Shown here piece after piece: positions 1-10,444 of a stretch of 64,000 bases of DNA; position 1 is the stretch's first letter, and each line of letters starts with the position of its first letter. The notes below the pieces were generated by a model. That model ran no database searches, was not told where the DNA came from, and saw nothing but the letters and a program-made list of their open reading frames with translations. Source of the stretch: Candidatus Anstonellales archaeon (lineage in GTDB: Archaea > Micrarchaeota > Micrarchaeia > Anstonellales > J096); assembly GCA_038896535.1 (NCBI GenBank), contig JAWACY010000001.1, positions 346,750-410,749 on the forward strand, written 5' to 3'. Position numbers and translations under genes: made by a program.

Positions 1-1
1 T

Positions 2-598
2 ATGGACAGTGCAATTAAGGTTGAGACAAATGTTCTGCTAGAGTCTAATGGCATTTTATTCAAAGCTGAAGGCGTTAAAATAGAGGAGCAAGGCTGGTTA
101 AAGGCAGTTAAAGGGCTTTATGATTTAAAGGAAAAAGCCATAGCAGATTTTAAAAAAGGCGAGAAAGTAAGAATAGATGATAAGAAGATTGTAAAAGAAA
201 GGACAAAACCACCAGCTAGGTATAATGAAGCAAGCCTTATAAAAGAGCTGGAAAAAAGAGGCCTAGGCACAAAAGCAACAAGAGCTGTTATAGTTTCAAC
301 GCTTTTTTTGAGGAAATACTTGTTTAAGCAAAAAGATGGAATACACGTTTCTGCTCTTGGCATAGCTGTTTACAGAACACTTGCAGACCATGTGCCTAAT
401 ATATTAAATGAGAGTTTAACAAGAGAAATAGAAGAGGATTTAGAAGAGATAGCAAAAGACCCAAATAAAAAAGATGCAGTAATAGAGAAAGCAAAAGCAA
501 TAATAACTGACGCATGCAAAGCATTTAAAGAAAGAGAATTAGAGATCGGGACTACTTTCTTCGATGCTATAAGGAGTATGAGGGTCTTCTCTAAATAA
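2..598 (+). CDS. topA: DNA topoisomerase IA, C-terminal part (begins before the window)
   Basis: TKPPARYNEASLIKELEKRGLGTKATRA and LTREIEEDLEEIA are type IA topoisomerase core motifs. Confidence 0.93.
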   Translation: MDSAIKVETNVLLESNGILFKAEGVKIEEQGWLKAVKGLYDLKEKAIADFKKGEKVRIDDKKIVKERTKPPARYNEASLIKELEKRGLGTKATRAVIVSTLFLRKYLFKQKDGIHVSALGIAVYRTLADHVPNILNESLTREIEEDLEEIAKDPNKKDAVIEKAKAIITDACKAFKERELEIGTTFFDAIRSMRVFSK

Positions 599-1324
599 AT
601 TAAAGAGCTTTGCTACTAAGCTGTTTTTTCTTGAAAAATGCTTTAGGATATTGAATTTTTTTCTATTGCTTTTTGACCCATCTTTTATTTTATAAATGCT
701 TATTTCATCTTCATTTATTTCTAAAAATCCAATATAAGCATCTATATTGTTAATTAAATAATGAACAGCCCTTTCTTTGTCATTTTTTGGAAACATGCTG
801 CTAAATGTTTCATAAAATTCATTTATAGCCCCGGCATCTGCTATTGGATAAGCCAGCATGTATCTTGATTCATCTTTGCTGAATATAAAATATTTTCTCA
901 ATGCAGCCATATGCTGTGCTATTTGCTTTAAATATTGATTCAAGCAATAAATATCGCCCCTTTTCATTCTCTCTATTCTTGACCTTATATCATAACTGCT
1001 TTTTACTTCTATAAAAGTGCCTTTTAACTGGCCGATCTCATTTTTTTCTTCTAATATCATTATATCTATTATCCCTATATTTCCAGCCCCTCCATTATTA
1101 TTAGAGTGCAGTGTTAAACAAACTTCCATTGCTGTAATGAATGGCTCCCTCGATAATATAAAAGGATTTTCATACAAGAAATGCTTTATTAATCTGTGTA
1201 AAGGTTTTTCATTTGTATGCTTTATTCCCTGTCCTTGGAATGTTCTTACTTCTCCATTATTTGCTATTAAACCAGCCCTTTCTCCCTTCCATGTTATTAA
1301 TAACTCGTTATGATTGCCCTCCAT
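539..1324 (-). CDS. hypothetical protein, PD-(D/E)XK nuclease-like
   Basis: H...K..L helix followed by GIIDIMIL...FIEVKS and a downstream Q..Q, resembling the restriction-endonuclease-like fold. Confidence 0.55.
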   Translation of the reverse strand: MEGNHNELLITWKGERAGLIANNGEVRTFQGQGIKHTNEKPLHRLIKHFLYENPFILSREPFITAMEVCLTLHSNNNGGAGNIGIIDIMILEEKNEIGQLKGTFIEVKSSYDIRSRIERMKRGDIYCLNQYLKQIAQHMAALRKYFIFSKDESRYMLAYPIADAGAINEFYETFSSMFPKNDKERAVHYLINNIDAYIGFLEINEDEISIYKIKDGSKSNRKKFNILKHFSRKNSLVAKLFNLFREDPHTPYSIEESSPDL

Positions 1325-1375
1325 TAAAATAATTTAATTAGAAAGGTTTTTATATATAATATGTTTAATATTTTT

Positions 1376-1819
1376 ATGCAAGCGAAACTCGTAATTAAAT
1401 CTGTATTTGAGCATGGCCAGCAAATACCAAAAGAGTATACATGCGAAGGCAGGAACATAAGCCCAAAACTCATTATACAGGGTTTAGATGAAAAAGTCAA
1501 GTCAATTGCAATAATAATGGACGACCCTGATGCGCCTATGGGAACTTTTGTACATTGGGTCGTATGGGACTTGCCTCCAGGCAATGTTGAAGAAGGAACA
1601 AAAAAAGGCGTTAATGGCATTACGAGTTTTAACAGGCTCGGATATGGGGGGCCATGTCCACCAAAAGGGCATGGCAAGCATAGGTATTATTTTAAAGTTT
1701 ATGGACTTGATAAAAAGCTCGGGCTGAAGGAAGGGCTGAGAAAAGAGGAATTATTAAAAGCAATGGAGGGACATGTCATTGCATATGGAGAGCTGATGGG
1801 AACATATGAAAGAAAATGA
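1376..1819 (+). CDS. YbhB/YbcL family (PEBP/Raf kinase inhibitor-like) protein
   Basis: IPKEYTCEG.NISP, MDDPDAP.GTFVHWVVW, GYGGPCPP.GHG.HRYYF. Start moved to 1376 based on the TATA box at ~1347. Confidence 0.93.
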   Translation: MQAKLVIKSVFEHGQQIPKEYTCEGRNISPKLIIQGLDEKVKSIAIIMDDPDAPMGTFVHWVVWDLPPGNVEEGTKKGVNGITSFNRLGYGGPCPPKGHGKHRYYFKVYGLDKKLGLKEGLRKEELLKAMEGHVIAYGELMGTYERK

Positions 1820-2210
1820 CATAAAAGGAAAAGACAATGTTATTGCTGTTGTTGGAGCAAGCAGAGAGCATTATAAGTATGGGTTTAAAGTTTTTTACAC
1901 ATTGCTTGTGAATGGCTTTAATGTTTATCCGGTAAATCCAAATGCTGATTTTATAGCTGGCAAGAAGTGTTATGCATCAATAAGGGATATTCCAGAAAAG
2001 CCAGATATTGTAATAACAGTCACAAAGCCAGAGGTTACTGAAAAAATTATTGATGATTTAAAAGGAATGAAAATAAAAGTTTTTTGGATGCAGCCAGGGA
2101 GTGAAAGCAAAGGAGCAATAGAAAAATGCAAAAAACTGAATATAAATTATAGTGCAGGAAAATGCTATATAAAGGATGAGCTTAAAATAGATTTTGCTGT
2201 GATAGAATGA
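1806..2210 (+). CDS. CoA-binding protein (YccU-like)
   Basis: IAVVGAS, VYPVNP, Y.SI.DIP..PDIV, WMQPG. Confidence 0.9.
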   Translation: MKENDIKGKDNVIAVVGASREHYKYGFKVFYTLLVNGFNVYPVNPNADFIAGKKCYASIRDIPEKPDIVITVTKPEVTEKIIDDLKGMKIKVFWMQPGSESKGAIEKCKKLNINYSAGKCYIKDELKIDFAVIE

Positions 2211-2725
2211 AAAAAGCAACATTTGCTGGTGGCTGCTTTTGGTGTATGGAATATGCATTTAGCAAAATCCAAGGCATTGTTGATATAAAAGTTGGTTATG
2301 CAAATTGTAGAATAAGAAATCCAAATTATGAGAGCGTTAGCAAAGGCAATACGGGATGTTATGAAGCAGTGCAAATAACTTATGATGAAAATAAGCTAAG
2401 CTATGAAACATTGCTGGATGTTTTCTGGCATAATATAAATCCAGAAGATGATGAAGGCCAATTTTCAGATAAGGGGGAGCAATATAGAACTGCTATTTTT
2501 TGGCATAGCCAAGAGCAGAGACAAAAAGCAATAGAATCAAAAAATGCACTGCTCAAAAAAGGAATATTTAATGAAATAAGAACAAAAATCATAAAATTTA
2601 AGAATTTCTATATTGCAGAGGATTACCATCAAGCATATTATAGGAAAAATCCAATAAGGTTTTTTGTTTATGAATCATTATCTGGAAGAAAAGCATTTAT
2701 TGAGAAAGTTTGGGGCAAGCATTAA
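2207..2725 (+). CDS. msrA: peptide-methionine (S)-S-oxide reductase
   Basis: FAGGCFWCME, GQF.D.GEQYRTAIF, FY.AEDYHQ.YY. Confidence 0.96.
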   Translation: MKKATFAGGCFWCMEYAFSKIQGIVDIKVGYANCRIRNPNYESVSKGNTGCYEAVQITYDENKLSYETLLDVFWHNINPEDDEGQFSDKGEQYRTAIFWHSQEQRQKAIESKNALLKKGIFNEIRTKIIKFKNFYIAEDYHQAYYRKNPIRFFVYESLSGRKAFIEKVWGKH

Positions 2726-2736
2726 TTGCTAGCATG

Positions 2737-3798
2737 TTAAGATTTTTTGAATGGCTCTAAAATATCATCATAGCTAAGGCCTAATCTTTCTTTATAATTT
2801 TTGTTTAAAAGATACCTAGCTATTTCACTTATCTCCTCCCTGCTTTTTTCTATCAATGTTCTTTTCCCCATATCTTTTAATAATATTGATTTTGCTAATG
2901 AATGTCCATCATTATTATTTATTTCCAATTCTGTTTCTAAGAATAACTTCGGGTCAGAAAAGGCAAGTTCTGCTAGGTAGCTTCTATATTCCCCAAATAT
3001 TCCAGTATGCCTATCAAAGATAAGAAAATCAAAAGCATGTTGCAGTTCATGCTGTAAAATTGGCTCAAATCTAACTTTGCCAGTAGGAAAAATTATTATA
3101 TTGATATGCCAATCATTTTTAGCAGTTAAGCCCACTTCAATACAATCTTTAGCTGGGTAAGAGCTAAACATATAAGCAGCCATTATATTTATTGCTCCAA
3201 GTTTTTTATACTTATTAAAAAAGCCGACTCTCAGCTTATACTCATATGGTTGGTTATCATAATAAATGCCAAATTTGAATAAATCTTCATATAGATTAAT
3301 TTTTCCCATATAATCATTTAAGTCAATAAAATAGTTGTCTAATATTGAATCAAGTTTATGCTTTTTTCTTAACAAACTTTTATTTTTTGGCTTTAATGCA
3401 AGAGAAATATTAATAATGAGGTAATTTAACATTAATTCTTTAATTAGTGATAATGCTTTTTCATCTTTAATAATTTTTTTTAATCTTTCTTGAATGACTT
3501 CATATAATTTTTTTTCATTGGGTTTAATTTCGTCAAAATTATTAATGTCAATATCCTGCCTTTTTGTCATATGCTTAATTGTAGCAAAAAATCTTGATAA
3601 TAAGTTAATGTCCCCAATATTTCTTAAAAAATAAAAATAAGCCTTAGGCTTTGATGACCTTTTTATTGTTTCAAGAACTTTTTCTTCTAATTTTTTAAAG
3701 GCCCGCCTGCCCCTTTCAGTTTTACTTTGCATTTTAGATAATGGCTTTTTATAGAATGATTCATTTACAATGTTATATAGGCTAAGCTTGGCTCGCAT
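2737..3798 (-). CDS. hypothetical protein with HExxH zincin-like motif
   Basis: 353-aa ORF with ILQHELQHAFD followed by GEYRSYL (candidate third ligand Glu). Confidence 0.6.
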   Translation of the reverse strand: MRAKLSLYNIVNESFYKKPLSKMQSKTERGRRAFKKLEEKVLETIKRSSKPKAYFYFLRNIGDINLLSRFFATIKHMTKRQDIDINNFDEIKPNEKKLYEVIQERLKKIIKDEKALSLIKELMLNYLIINISLALKPKNKSLLRKKHKLDSILDNYFIDLNDYMGKINLYEDLFKFGIYYDNQPYEYKLRVGFFNKYKKLGAINIMAAYMFSSYPAKDCIEVGLTAKNDWHINIIIFPTGKVRFEPILQHELQHAFDFLIFDRHTGIFGEYRSYLAELAFSDPKLFLETELEINNNDGHSLAKSILLKDMGKRTLIEKSREEISEIARYLLNKNYKERLGLSYDDILEPFKKS

Positions 3799-4417
3799 AT
3801 TTCTCCCCTACCATTTTTTCAAATTCATTTAACTTATGTTTTATTTTTTCAATCACTTCAGCATAATGTTTTCTTGGCACTACATTCAAAAGATTTAGAA
3901 CAATTTTTTCTGCGCATAAGGCCAATATTTCCTCATACACTATTATGGCAATTTCTTTTTCTTTTAATTCATTTATATTTTGATCAGTGCCAAGTTTTGA
4001 AATTGAAAAATTAAACCTTCCTTTGTTTTTTGCACACCCTATATGAAATGTTTCATGCATCAATAAAGCAATAAAACTAAAGTCATTTTCAATTACATTA
4101 TTTATGCCTTGCTTTGTTATTACTATTTCATAAAGATTTTTTCTTTCTGCTTTTCTTCTTGAATTATTATATACATTAAAATATGACAACTCATTAGTTA
4201 TTGCATTATTTACATTAATAATATTTGCCTGCCCTGCTATAAGGCCGTAAATGCTCATTCCCTCTATAAGAAGATATTTTGCTTTTTTTAGTTCTTTATT
4301 TATTGTTTCTTTTATGCTGTCTTCATTAACCCTTATTTTTAACTCTAACTCTGGCTTGTATTCAAAGTGTTTTTTTATTATGCCCCTTGCTTTTTGCTCA
4401 AGTAAAAGCAATTCCAT
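3782..4417 (-). CDS. hypothetical protein with HExxH zincin-like motif
   Basis: 211-aa ORF with LLMHETFHIG and downstream YEEILA; overlaps the start of the next gene. Confidence 0.6.
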   Translation of the reverse strand: MELLLLEQKARGIIKKHFEYKPELELKIRVNEDSIKETINKELKKAKYLLIEGMSIYGLIAGQANIINVNNAITNELSYFNVYNNSRRKAERKNLYEIVITKQGINNVIENDFSFIALLMHETFHIGCAKNKGRFNFSISKLGTDQNINELKEKEIAIIVYEEILALCAEKIVLNLLNVVPRKHYAEVIEKIKHKLNEFEKMVGEKYASQA

Positions 4418-4478
4418 TTTCCCAATCCCAGAATTATTCTTATCATGCCTTTTTTAAATTTATCTATGTTTATAAATT

Positions 4479-5981
4479 ATGCTTGTTTTTAATCATTGGG
4501 CTTACAAAATCGCTGAAAAGATAATGAGAGAAAAGCCAGATGGAAAAATAGTCATAACATCTGGCATAACAACTTCTGGCCCTGCACATTTAGGCACTGT
4601 AATAGAAGGGCTTATGCCAAATACAATAAAAAAAGTGCTTTTAGAATACAAAAGAGATGTGGATTTCTATTTTATTGCTGACATAATGGATGCTTTTGAT
4701 TCTGTGCCAAGAGATTTGATGCAATTTAAAGAATTTCTTGAACCACATTTAGGAAAACCGCTTGCCTTTGTGCCTGATCCATTTTCATGCCATGATAGCT
4801 ATGCAGAGCATTTTTTACAAGAAGCACTTTATGTATTTAATGCCTTTGGCATAAATCCAATTGTTAAAAGGGCGCATGAGTTATACAAGCAAGGAGCATT
4901 TGAGAAACAAACTATAATATTAATTAACAATTTTGAGCGCGTTAAAGAGATTGTTGAAAAAACATCTGGCAGAACATTGGGCAAGGATTGGCATGTTATC
5001 ATGCCAGTATGCGAAAAATGTGGAAAAATAGCTACAACGACAATAACCAAATGGGATAAAGAAGGAAATTATGAATACATATGTAATAAAGATGTTGGCT
5101 ATACAAAAGGCTGTAATTATGAAGGCAAAAGTAATATAAAATATGGAAATTATAAATTACAATGGCGTTTGCACTGGCCTAGTTGGCACTATTATTTTAA
5201 TACAACAGCAGAAGGGGGCGGGCTCGATCATTTTACAAAAGGCGGGAGTTGGGATACAGCAAAAGAAATACATAAAGAAATTTTTAAGAGGAAGGAACCA
5301 ATTGGTTATAGATGGGGATTTATTCTAGAGCATGGAAGAAAAATGAGCAAGAGCAAAGGCGTTATATTATCTGCATTGGAATTAATAAAGTTACTTCCAC
5401 CAAAGATTATTGCCTATCATATACTAAAATATGATTTAGAAGAAAATATGAATTTTAATCCAGAAAAGGAAAGCATTCTTAATATCATTGAGGATTATGA
5501 AAATGCTTCTCAAATTACTGATAGAAGCACAAGGGCATTAGAGAAAAAGGCAGCTGCATATTATTTAAGTAATCTCGGTTTTAAGGACTGGCAGGGCAAT
5601 TTTAGAGATTATTTACTTTATTACAGCATTTATAGGGATTGGGATAAAGTAAAAATACATCTGCCATATGATGCTGATAAAATAAAGGGTTATATATCAT
5701 ATTGGTTTGATAAGGATTTTGTTCCAGAAGATTATAATTTTTCTTATAAACCAGAAAAGGCAAAAGGCAATGTGAGGGTATTTATTGAATCATTAAAAAA
5801 TGATATGGATGCATTAGCAATTCATAATGCTGTTTATGATTTTTGTAAAATGCACAATATTAATGCATCAGAATTTTTTGCTGAAATATATAAAACGCTT
5901 ATTGGAAAAAACAAAGGCCCAAGATTAGGAAAATTAATATATGCTTTAGGCGTTGATAGGGTTAAGAGAGATGTTCTTTAA
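4479..5981 (+). CDS. lysS: lysine--tRNA ligase, class I
   Basis: SGITTSGPAHLG, CEKCGK, KLQWRLHWP, KMSKSKG, GPRLG. Confidence 0.96.
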   Translation: MLVFNHWAYKIAEKIMREKPDGKIVITSGITTSGPAHLGTVIEGLMPNTIKKVLLEYKRDVDFYFIADIMDAFDSVPRDLMQFKEFLEPHLGKPLAFVPDPFSCHDSYAEHFLQEALYVFNAFGINPIVKRAHELYKQGAFEKQTIILINNFERVKEIVEKTSGRTLGKDWHVIMPVCEKCGKIATTTITKWDKEGNYEYICNKDVGYTKGCNYEGKSNIKYGNYKLQWRLHWPSWHYYFNTTAEGGGLDHFTKGGSWDTAKEIHKEIFKRKEPIGYRWGFILEHGRKMSKSKGVILSALELIKLLPPKIIAYHILKYDLEENMNFNPEKESILNIIEDYENASQITDRSTRALEKKAAAYYLSNLGFKDWQGNFRDYLLYYSIYRDWDKVKIHLPYDADKIKGYISYWFDKDFVPEDYNFSYKPEKAKGNVRVFIESLKNDMDALAIHNAVYDFCKMHNINASEFFAEIYKTLIGKNKGPRLGKLIYALGVDRVKRDVL

Positions 5982-6108
5982 TATATTTGCTTTTTTATTT
6001 TAATATATTGCTTTTATATTTTTTAGAAATGTACTTTGATTTTCTTTTATTAACACAACTCCATCAAATCAGCAACATTTTTAAATATTTTGCTCAACTT
6101 AATTAAAT

Positions 6109-7353
6109 ATGAAATTAAAAAGAATGATATATGCAACTTTACTAGGCTCTTCTTTATTAGTGTCTCCAACAGTTAAAAATACAATTAAAGATAACGAACC
6201 CTTTAAATCAAAAGAACCTTTAATATCAATTGTAGAAGAAGTCAATGCTGGGGCTGATTATACAAACGCAAAATATTGGGGAGTAACTGTATGGGAAAAA
6301 TTGCTGTTAAATGAAAATTGGTTTAAACAAATAAAAGCACAGACAAAATATATTGATGTAGATGAAATGAGAAGGAGAAGGAATAATGATTTATCATCAC
6401 CAAAATTAAATTTAGAAGATTTAGCATATGCATATGCTCATCTTGATAAGCCACAATTTAGAGACTTGTTAAAAGTTAAGGAAATTAATATGCATGTTGA
6501 TCCTTGGCCTTATGTTTTTGAAGTTTATAAAGACGGCAGTATAGGAAGAGGGCCAACAGCTTATATTTTAGAGCACATGTATTTGTTTCCGAATGATTAT
6601 AAACTTTTGAAGCTATGGGAGTTATATGGTGACGTAACTTTTGATATACTTGAAAAGGCATCTATATTAAAAAAGTATACTGAAATTACTATGATGGTAT
6701 TAAGAGAAGAGTGGCCAGAATTTTTATTAGAAAATTTTAAATATCCAGTAACAAGAATTATTGAGCAAAGACGATTCCCCCATAAAGGGTTTTTGATCGT
6801 TACTAAAGAACCACCAACTATAACTGCATTTCATGATTTTTATGATAATGAGCTTAATACTGATGGAAAAAAATATATCAGCTTATATTATTCAACTGGA
6901 AAAGAGTTAAAGTATATTACAGGTTATACTGACCACGATTATTTAAATAGTAATGAAGTTACAGTACATATGGCAACATTAAAAGATAAAGATGGAAAAG
7001 ATATTGAAGTAATGGTTACTGTTGACCCACAACAGATAAACTTTGTTGTTGTAAGAGATAATGGGAATTTGCTTATGGAAAAATGGGTACGCCATGACTT
7101 AAAAGGAGCTGAAGGTGATATAAGGAAATTTAAACTTGGTATAGAGAATCCAAAATCATATGAAACGGCAATATTTTATCATCAACAAGATGGCAGAGAT
7201 GGAGTAGGAGTATTACTTTACAATAAAACCAAAAATGATGCTTACATAGCCTTTTTTATGCCAGATTATTCTTATGGTCTTGGCTATGCCACAAATGTTG
7301 TTATAGATAATAATAGCACAAAAGATTGTGATGGAGTAAATAAGCTAAATTAA
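6109..7353 (+). CDS. hypothetical secreted or surface protein
   Basis: 414-aa ORF with basic-hydrophobic N-terminus (MKLKRMIYATLLGSSLLVSP) and a beta-rich C-terminal half. Confidence 0.7.
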   Translation: MKLKRMIYATLLGSSLLVSPTVKNTIKDNEPFKSKEPLISIVEEVNAGADYTNAKYWGVTVWEKLLLNENWFKQIKAQTKYIDVDEMRRRRNNDLSSPKLNLEDLAYAYAHLDKPQFRDLLKVKEINMHVDPWPYVFEVYKDGSIGRGPTAYILEHMYLFPNDYKLLKLWELYGDVTFDILEKASILKKYTEITMMVLREEWPEFLLENFKYPVTRIIEQRRFPHKGFLIVTKEPPTITAFHDFYDNELNTDGKKYISLYYSTGKELKYITGYTDHDYLNSNEVTVHMATLKDKDGKDIEVMVTVDPQQINFVVVRDNGNLLMEKWVRHDLKGAEGDIRKFKLGIENPKSYETAIFYHQQDGRDGVGVLLYNKTKNDAYIAFFMPDYSYGLGYATNVVIDNNSTKDCDGVNKLN

Positions 7354-7390
7354 ACGCACAATTTATAATATTTTCTTTTTATAATAAATT

Positions 7391-8776
7391 ATGGTTAGCT
7401 TTGGATCAAACCAGAAAGAAAACAACCAAACAAAAACAAAAACCCAAATATTGGGTAAAATAATAAGTGAACTAGAAAATTTGCAATCGCCTAATATAAG
7501 AATAAGAGCATTAGAAAAATTAAAGGAAGTTATTGAAGAGCTGAAAAGTAAAATTAATAATGGTACATTAGATGAGAAAACTCTTGTAGATAAATTGAAA
7601 GAAAAATTCGGTAATTTTGATGAGAGGAGGATTAAAACTTTAATTGGTAAAATTATTGGTTTTGTAACTGGCCAAAATTCAGCACAGGATTTAGTTAATG
7701 AAATAAATAGTGGCATTGTTGTGTTACAAGCCGCACTTGCACTCAAAGAAAATGAACAAACAAAAAATTCACAAACACAGATACAAACAGTAGCCAGTTT
7801 TGCTTATATTGAATACTTGTTAAAAAATACTAGTGCTGCTCATGTTAGTTTTGCTGCTGTAATAGATGGGTTTTTTAAGGCGCAGACTTTTCAAGACTTT
7901 AATGGAAAATTGAGCTTAAATAATAATGATGTTGCAAAGAGAATATTCGATGCCCTAAGTTATGCCTTTGCTACTAAAGAAGAAAGAAAAGAGCCTAAAT
8001 TTAACGGAATAAGAACAAATATAGAAAATTGGAAGAAAGAAAATGCCGTAAGTTTGGAATTTTTGGACAACTATTTTAAATTTATTCTTGTTACAATTTC
8101 TGCCAGTAATGAAGCGGCGCGCCCCTTTAGAAGAGCAGCAGCTGAAGAAGCCAAAAAGGATGGAACTCAAAAACTAGCCACAGAACTACATCAGTCATTA
8201 GTTTATCTTAAAAGGGAAGGCTATTTAAGCGATGATGAATATGTAAGAGCTACTCAAGAAATTGCTAATATAACAGGTTTTTACTCATTGGGGGCTCAGT
8301 TTTTGGCTCAAGAAGGTTTTTATAAAGAAGCAAGAGAGCTTTTGCTTTTAGGCGAGTATGTAAATAAGTTGGATCAATCATTTTTAAATGTTAAAGAACT
8401 GATTGATGAACTGATTGATGAAATTAATAAATTGGTTGATGCTAAAACAGAAGAAGAAAAGAAAAAAAGAGAAGAAATAATTGAAGCAGTTACCAATGAA
8501 ATAAATGGAGCCGGGGAGTTAGCAAAAATGATTGTTGCTGAAATGAAGAAATTAAATTTTGAGGAAGATGAAGGAGAGGAATTTAGAAGAAAAATAGAAG
8601 AAGAGCTGAAGGAAATAATAAAAAAGCTGGATGAGAGAATTAAAGAAGTTGAAGAAAAAACAAACGAGCTTAAAGATGGAAGTATAAAAGGAAAATTAAA
8701 TCTGGCAATTGAAAAAGCGCTTGAAAATATTGAAAATATTAGAAAAGAACATATAGGAGATAGGAGATTAGTTTAA
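7391..8776 (+). CDS. hypothetical helical/coiled-coil protein
   Basis: 461-aa E/K-rich ORF with no recognised motif. Confidence 0.7.
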   Translation: MVSFGSNQKENNQTKTKTQILGKIISELENLQSPNIRIRALEKLKEVIEELKSKINNGTLDEKTLVDKLKEKFGNFDERRIKTLIGKIIGFVTGQNSAQDLVNEINSGIVVLQAALALKENEQTKNSQTQIQTVASFAYIEYLLKNTSAAHVSFAAVIDGFFKAQTFQDFNGKLSLNNNDVAKRIFDALSYAFATKEERKEPKFNGIRTNIENWKKENAVSLEFLDNYFKFILVTISASNEAARPFRRAAAEEAKKDGTQKLATELHQSLVYLKREGYLSDDEYVRATQEIANITGFYSLGAQFLAQEGFYKEARELLLLGEYVNKLDQSFLNVKELIDELIDEINKLVDAKTEEEKKKREEIIEAVTNEINGAGELAKMIVAEMKKLNFEEDEGEEFRRKIEEELKEIIKKLDERIKEVEEKTNELKDGSIKGKLNLAIEKALENIENIRKEHIGDRRLV

Positions 8777-8785
8777 CATTTTTAT

Positions 8786-9115
8786 GTGCTGGTAGAAATG
8801 AACAGTATAAAGCATTTTTTCATATCTCATAAAAAAACAAAAGAAATGCTTGAGTTTGCTGGTAAAATAGGCGATATTGATAGTATTGGGTTTCTAAAAG
8901 TTGATGAAAAAAATGTTGGGCATTTAACAAAGCATTTTAGCAATTTCCCTTATTTTGTTGTTTTTGTTAGCTCATTAAAACAGCCTTGCTGTACAATAAC
9001 AAGAGCAATAAAAATGAAAAGAGAAATTGAAAAAAACATCGGCAATAAGATTTTTTATTCTACATTTGCTACACATGCCTTAGATGAAAACGATTATATT
9101 GTATATTGTTTTTAA
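8786..9115 (+). CDS. hypothetical protein
   Basis: 109-aa ORF filling the gap before aspS on the same strand. Confidence 0.5.
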   Translation: MLVEMNSIKHFFISHKKTKEMLEFAGKIGDIDSIGFLKVDEKNVGHLTKHFSNFPYFVVFVSSLKQPCCTITRAIKMKREIEKNIGNKIFYSTFATHALDENDYIVYCF

Positions 9116-9139
9116 AATTATTCTAAAAAACATCTTATT

Positions 9140-10390
9140 ATGTATAGAACACATTTTATAGAAGAAGCAAAAAAACAATTAGAGAAGGAAGTCATACTTT
9201 GCGGTTGGGCAGAGCATATAAGAGATTTAGGTAAGGTTGTATTTGTAATATTAAGGGATTATACAGGAAGGATACAATGCGTTATAAAAGACAGGAGCTT
9301 AATTAATGCACAAATAAATAGGGAGGATGTAATAAAAGTTAGGGGCATTGTGAAACCTGTGCAAAATGCTCCATATGGGGGAATAGAAATAGCAGTTAAT
9401 GAAATAGCAATAATAAATTCTGTTAAAAAAACATTGCCAATAGACCCCACAGAAAAGGTTAAGTCAGAATTAGAAACTAGATTAAATTATAGGTTTATTG
9501 ATTTGAGGAAGGATGAAGTAAAAAATATTTTTATTGCAAAGAGCATAGCAGCACAAACATTTACAAAAATATTGAGCAAAAAACGTTTTATACAGATACA
9601 GCCGCCTTCAATAATAGGGGCAGCAAGTGAAGGCGGAGCAGAAGTTTTTGAAGTGCAGTATTTTGAGAAAAAGGCTTATCTTGCGCAGAGCCCTCAATTG
9701 TATAAACAGCTAGCAGTCATTGGAGGCCTTGAAAGAGTTATGATGATAGCAACTGTTTTTAGAGCAGAAAAGCACCACACTACATATCACTTAAATGAGA
9801 TAACATCGATGGATGTAGAAGCAGCATTTTTTGATCATAAAGATATGATGGCCTTGCTTTCAGATGTTTTTTATGCAATGCTAAAGGAGATGAAAAAAAT
9901 AAATAGCAATATTAAGTTAGTAAAGCCAATAAAAGTAGAATACAAAAAGGCAATAAATAAATTGATTTCAGAAGGGTTTGATATTGAATATGGAGATGAT
10001 TTAAACAGAGAAGCAGAGCAGAAATTATGTGAGATTTTTGGCGATGCTGTTTTAATACACAGCTGGCCTACAAAAATAAGAGCATTTTATTCTATGCCAT
10101 ATGAGGACAATCCAGATTTATGTAAGAGTTTTGACCTTCTTTATAAAGGATTGGAAATAACAAGCGGAGCACAAAGAATACATGATGCAGATATGCTGAA
10201 AGAACAAATTAGAAATAAGGGGTTAAATATAAATGACTTTCAGCACTATATAGAAGCATTTTACTATGGAGCGCCCCCGCATGCTGGATTTGGGCTAGGC
10301 CTTGAAAGATTTATCATGAAAGCACTTGACATAAATAATATAAGAGAAGTTATGTTATTCCCGAGAGATAGGACAAGGCTTATGCCATAA
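9140..10390 (+). CDS. aspS: aspartate--tRNA(Asp/Asn) ligase, archaeal type
   Basis: MYRTH start, OB fold, AYLAQSPQLYKQ, FRAEKH, SGAQRIH, GAPPHAGFGLGLER, FPRDRTRL. Confidence 0.96.
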   Translation: MYRTHFIEEAKKQLEKEVILCGWAEHIRDLGKVVFVILRDYTGRIQCVIKDRSLINAQINREDVIKVRGIVKPVQNAPYGGIEIAVNEIAIINSVKKTLPIDPTEKVKSELETRLNYRFIDLRKDEVKNIFIAKSIAAQTFTKILSKKRFIQIQPPSIIGAASEGGAEVFEVQYFEKKAYLAQSPQLYKQLAVIGGLERVMMIATVFRAEKHHTTYHLNEITSMDVEAAFFDHKDMMALLSDVFYAMLKEMKKINSNIKLVKPIKVEYKKAINKLISEGFDIEYGDDLNREAEQKLCEIFGDAVLIHSWPTKIRAFYSMPYEDNPDLCKSFDLLYKGLEITSGAQRIHDADMLKEQIRNKGLNINDFQHYIEAFYYGAPPHAGFGLGLERFIMKALDINNIREVMLFPRDRTRLMP

Positions 10391-10444
10391 TCTGATGTTA
10401 TAAAAATGATCGGTTTTTAAACCTTTCTACACACTATTTATAAC

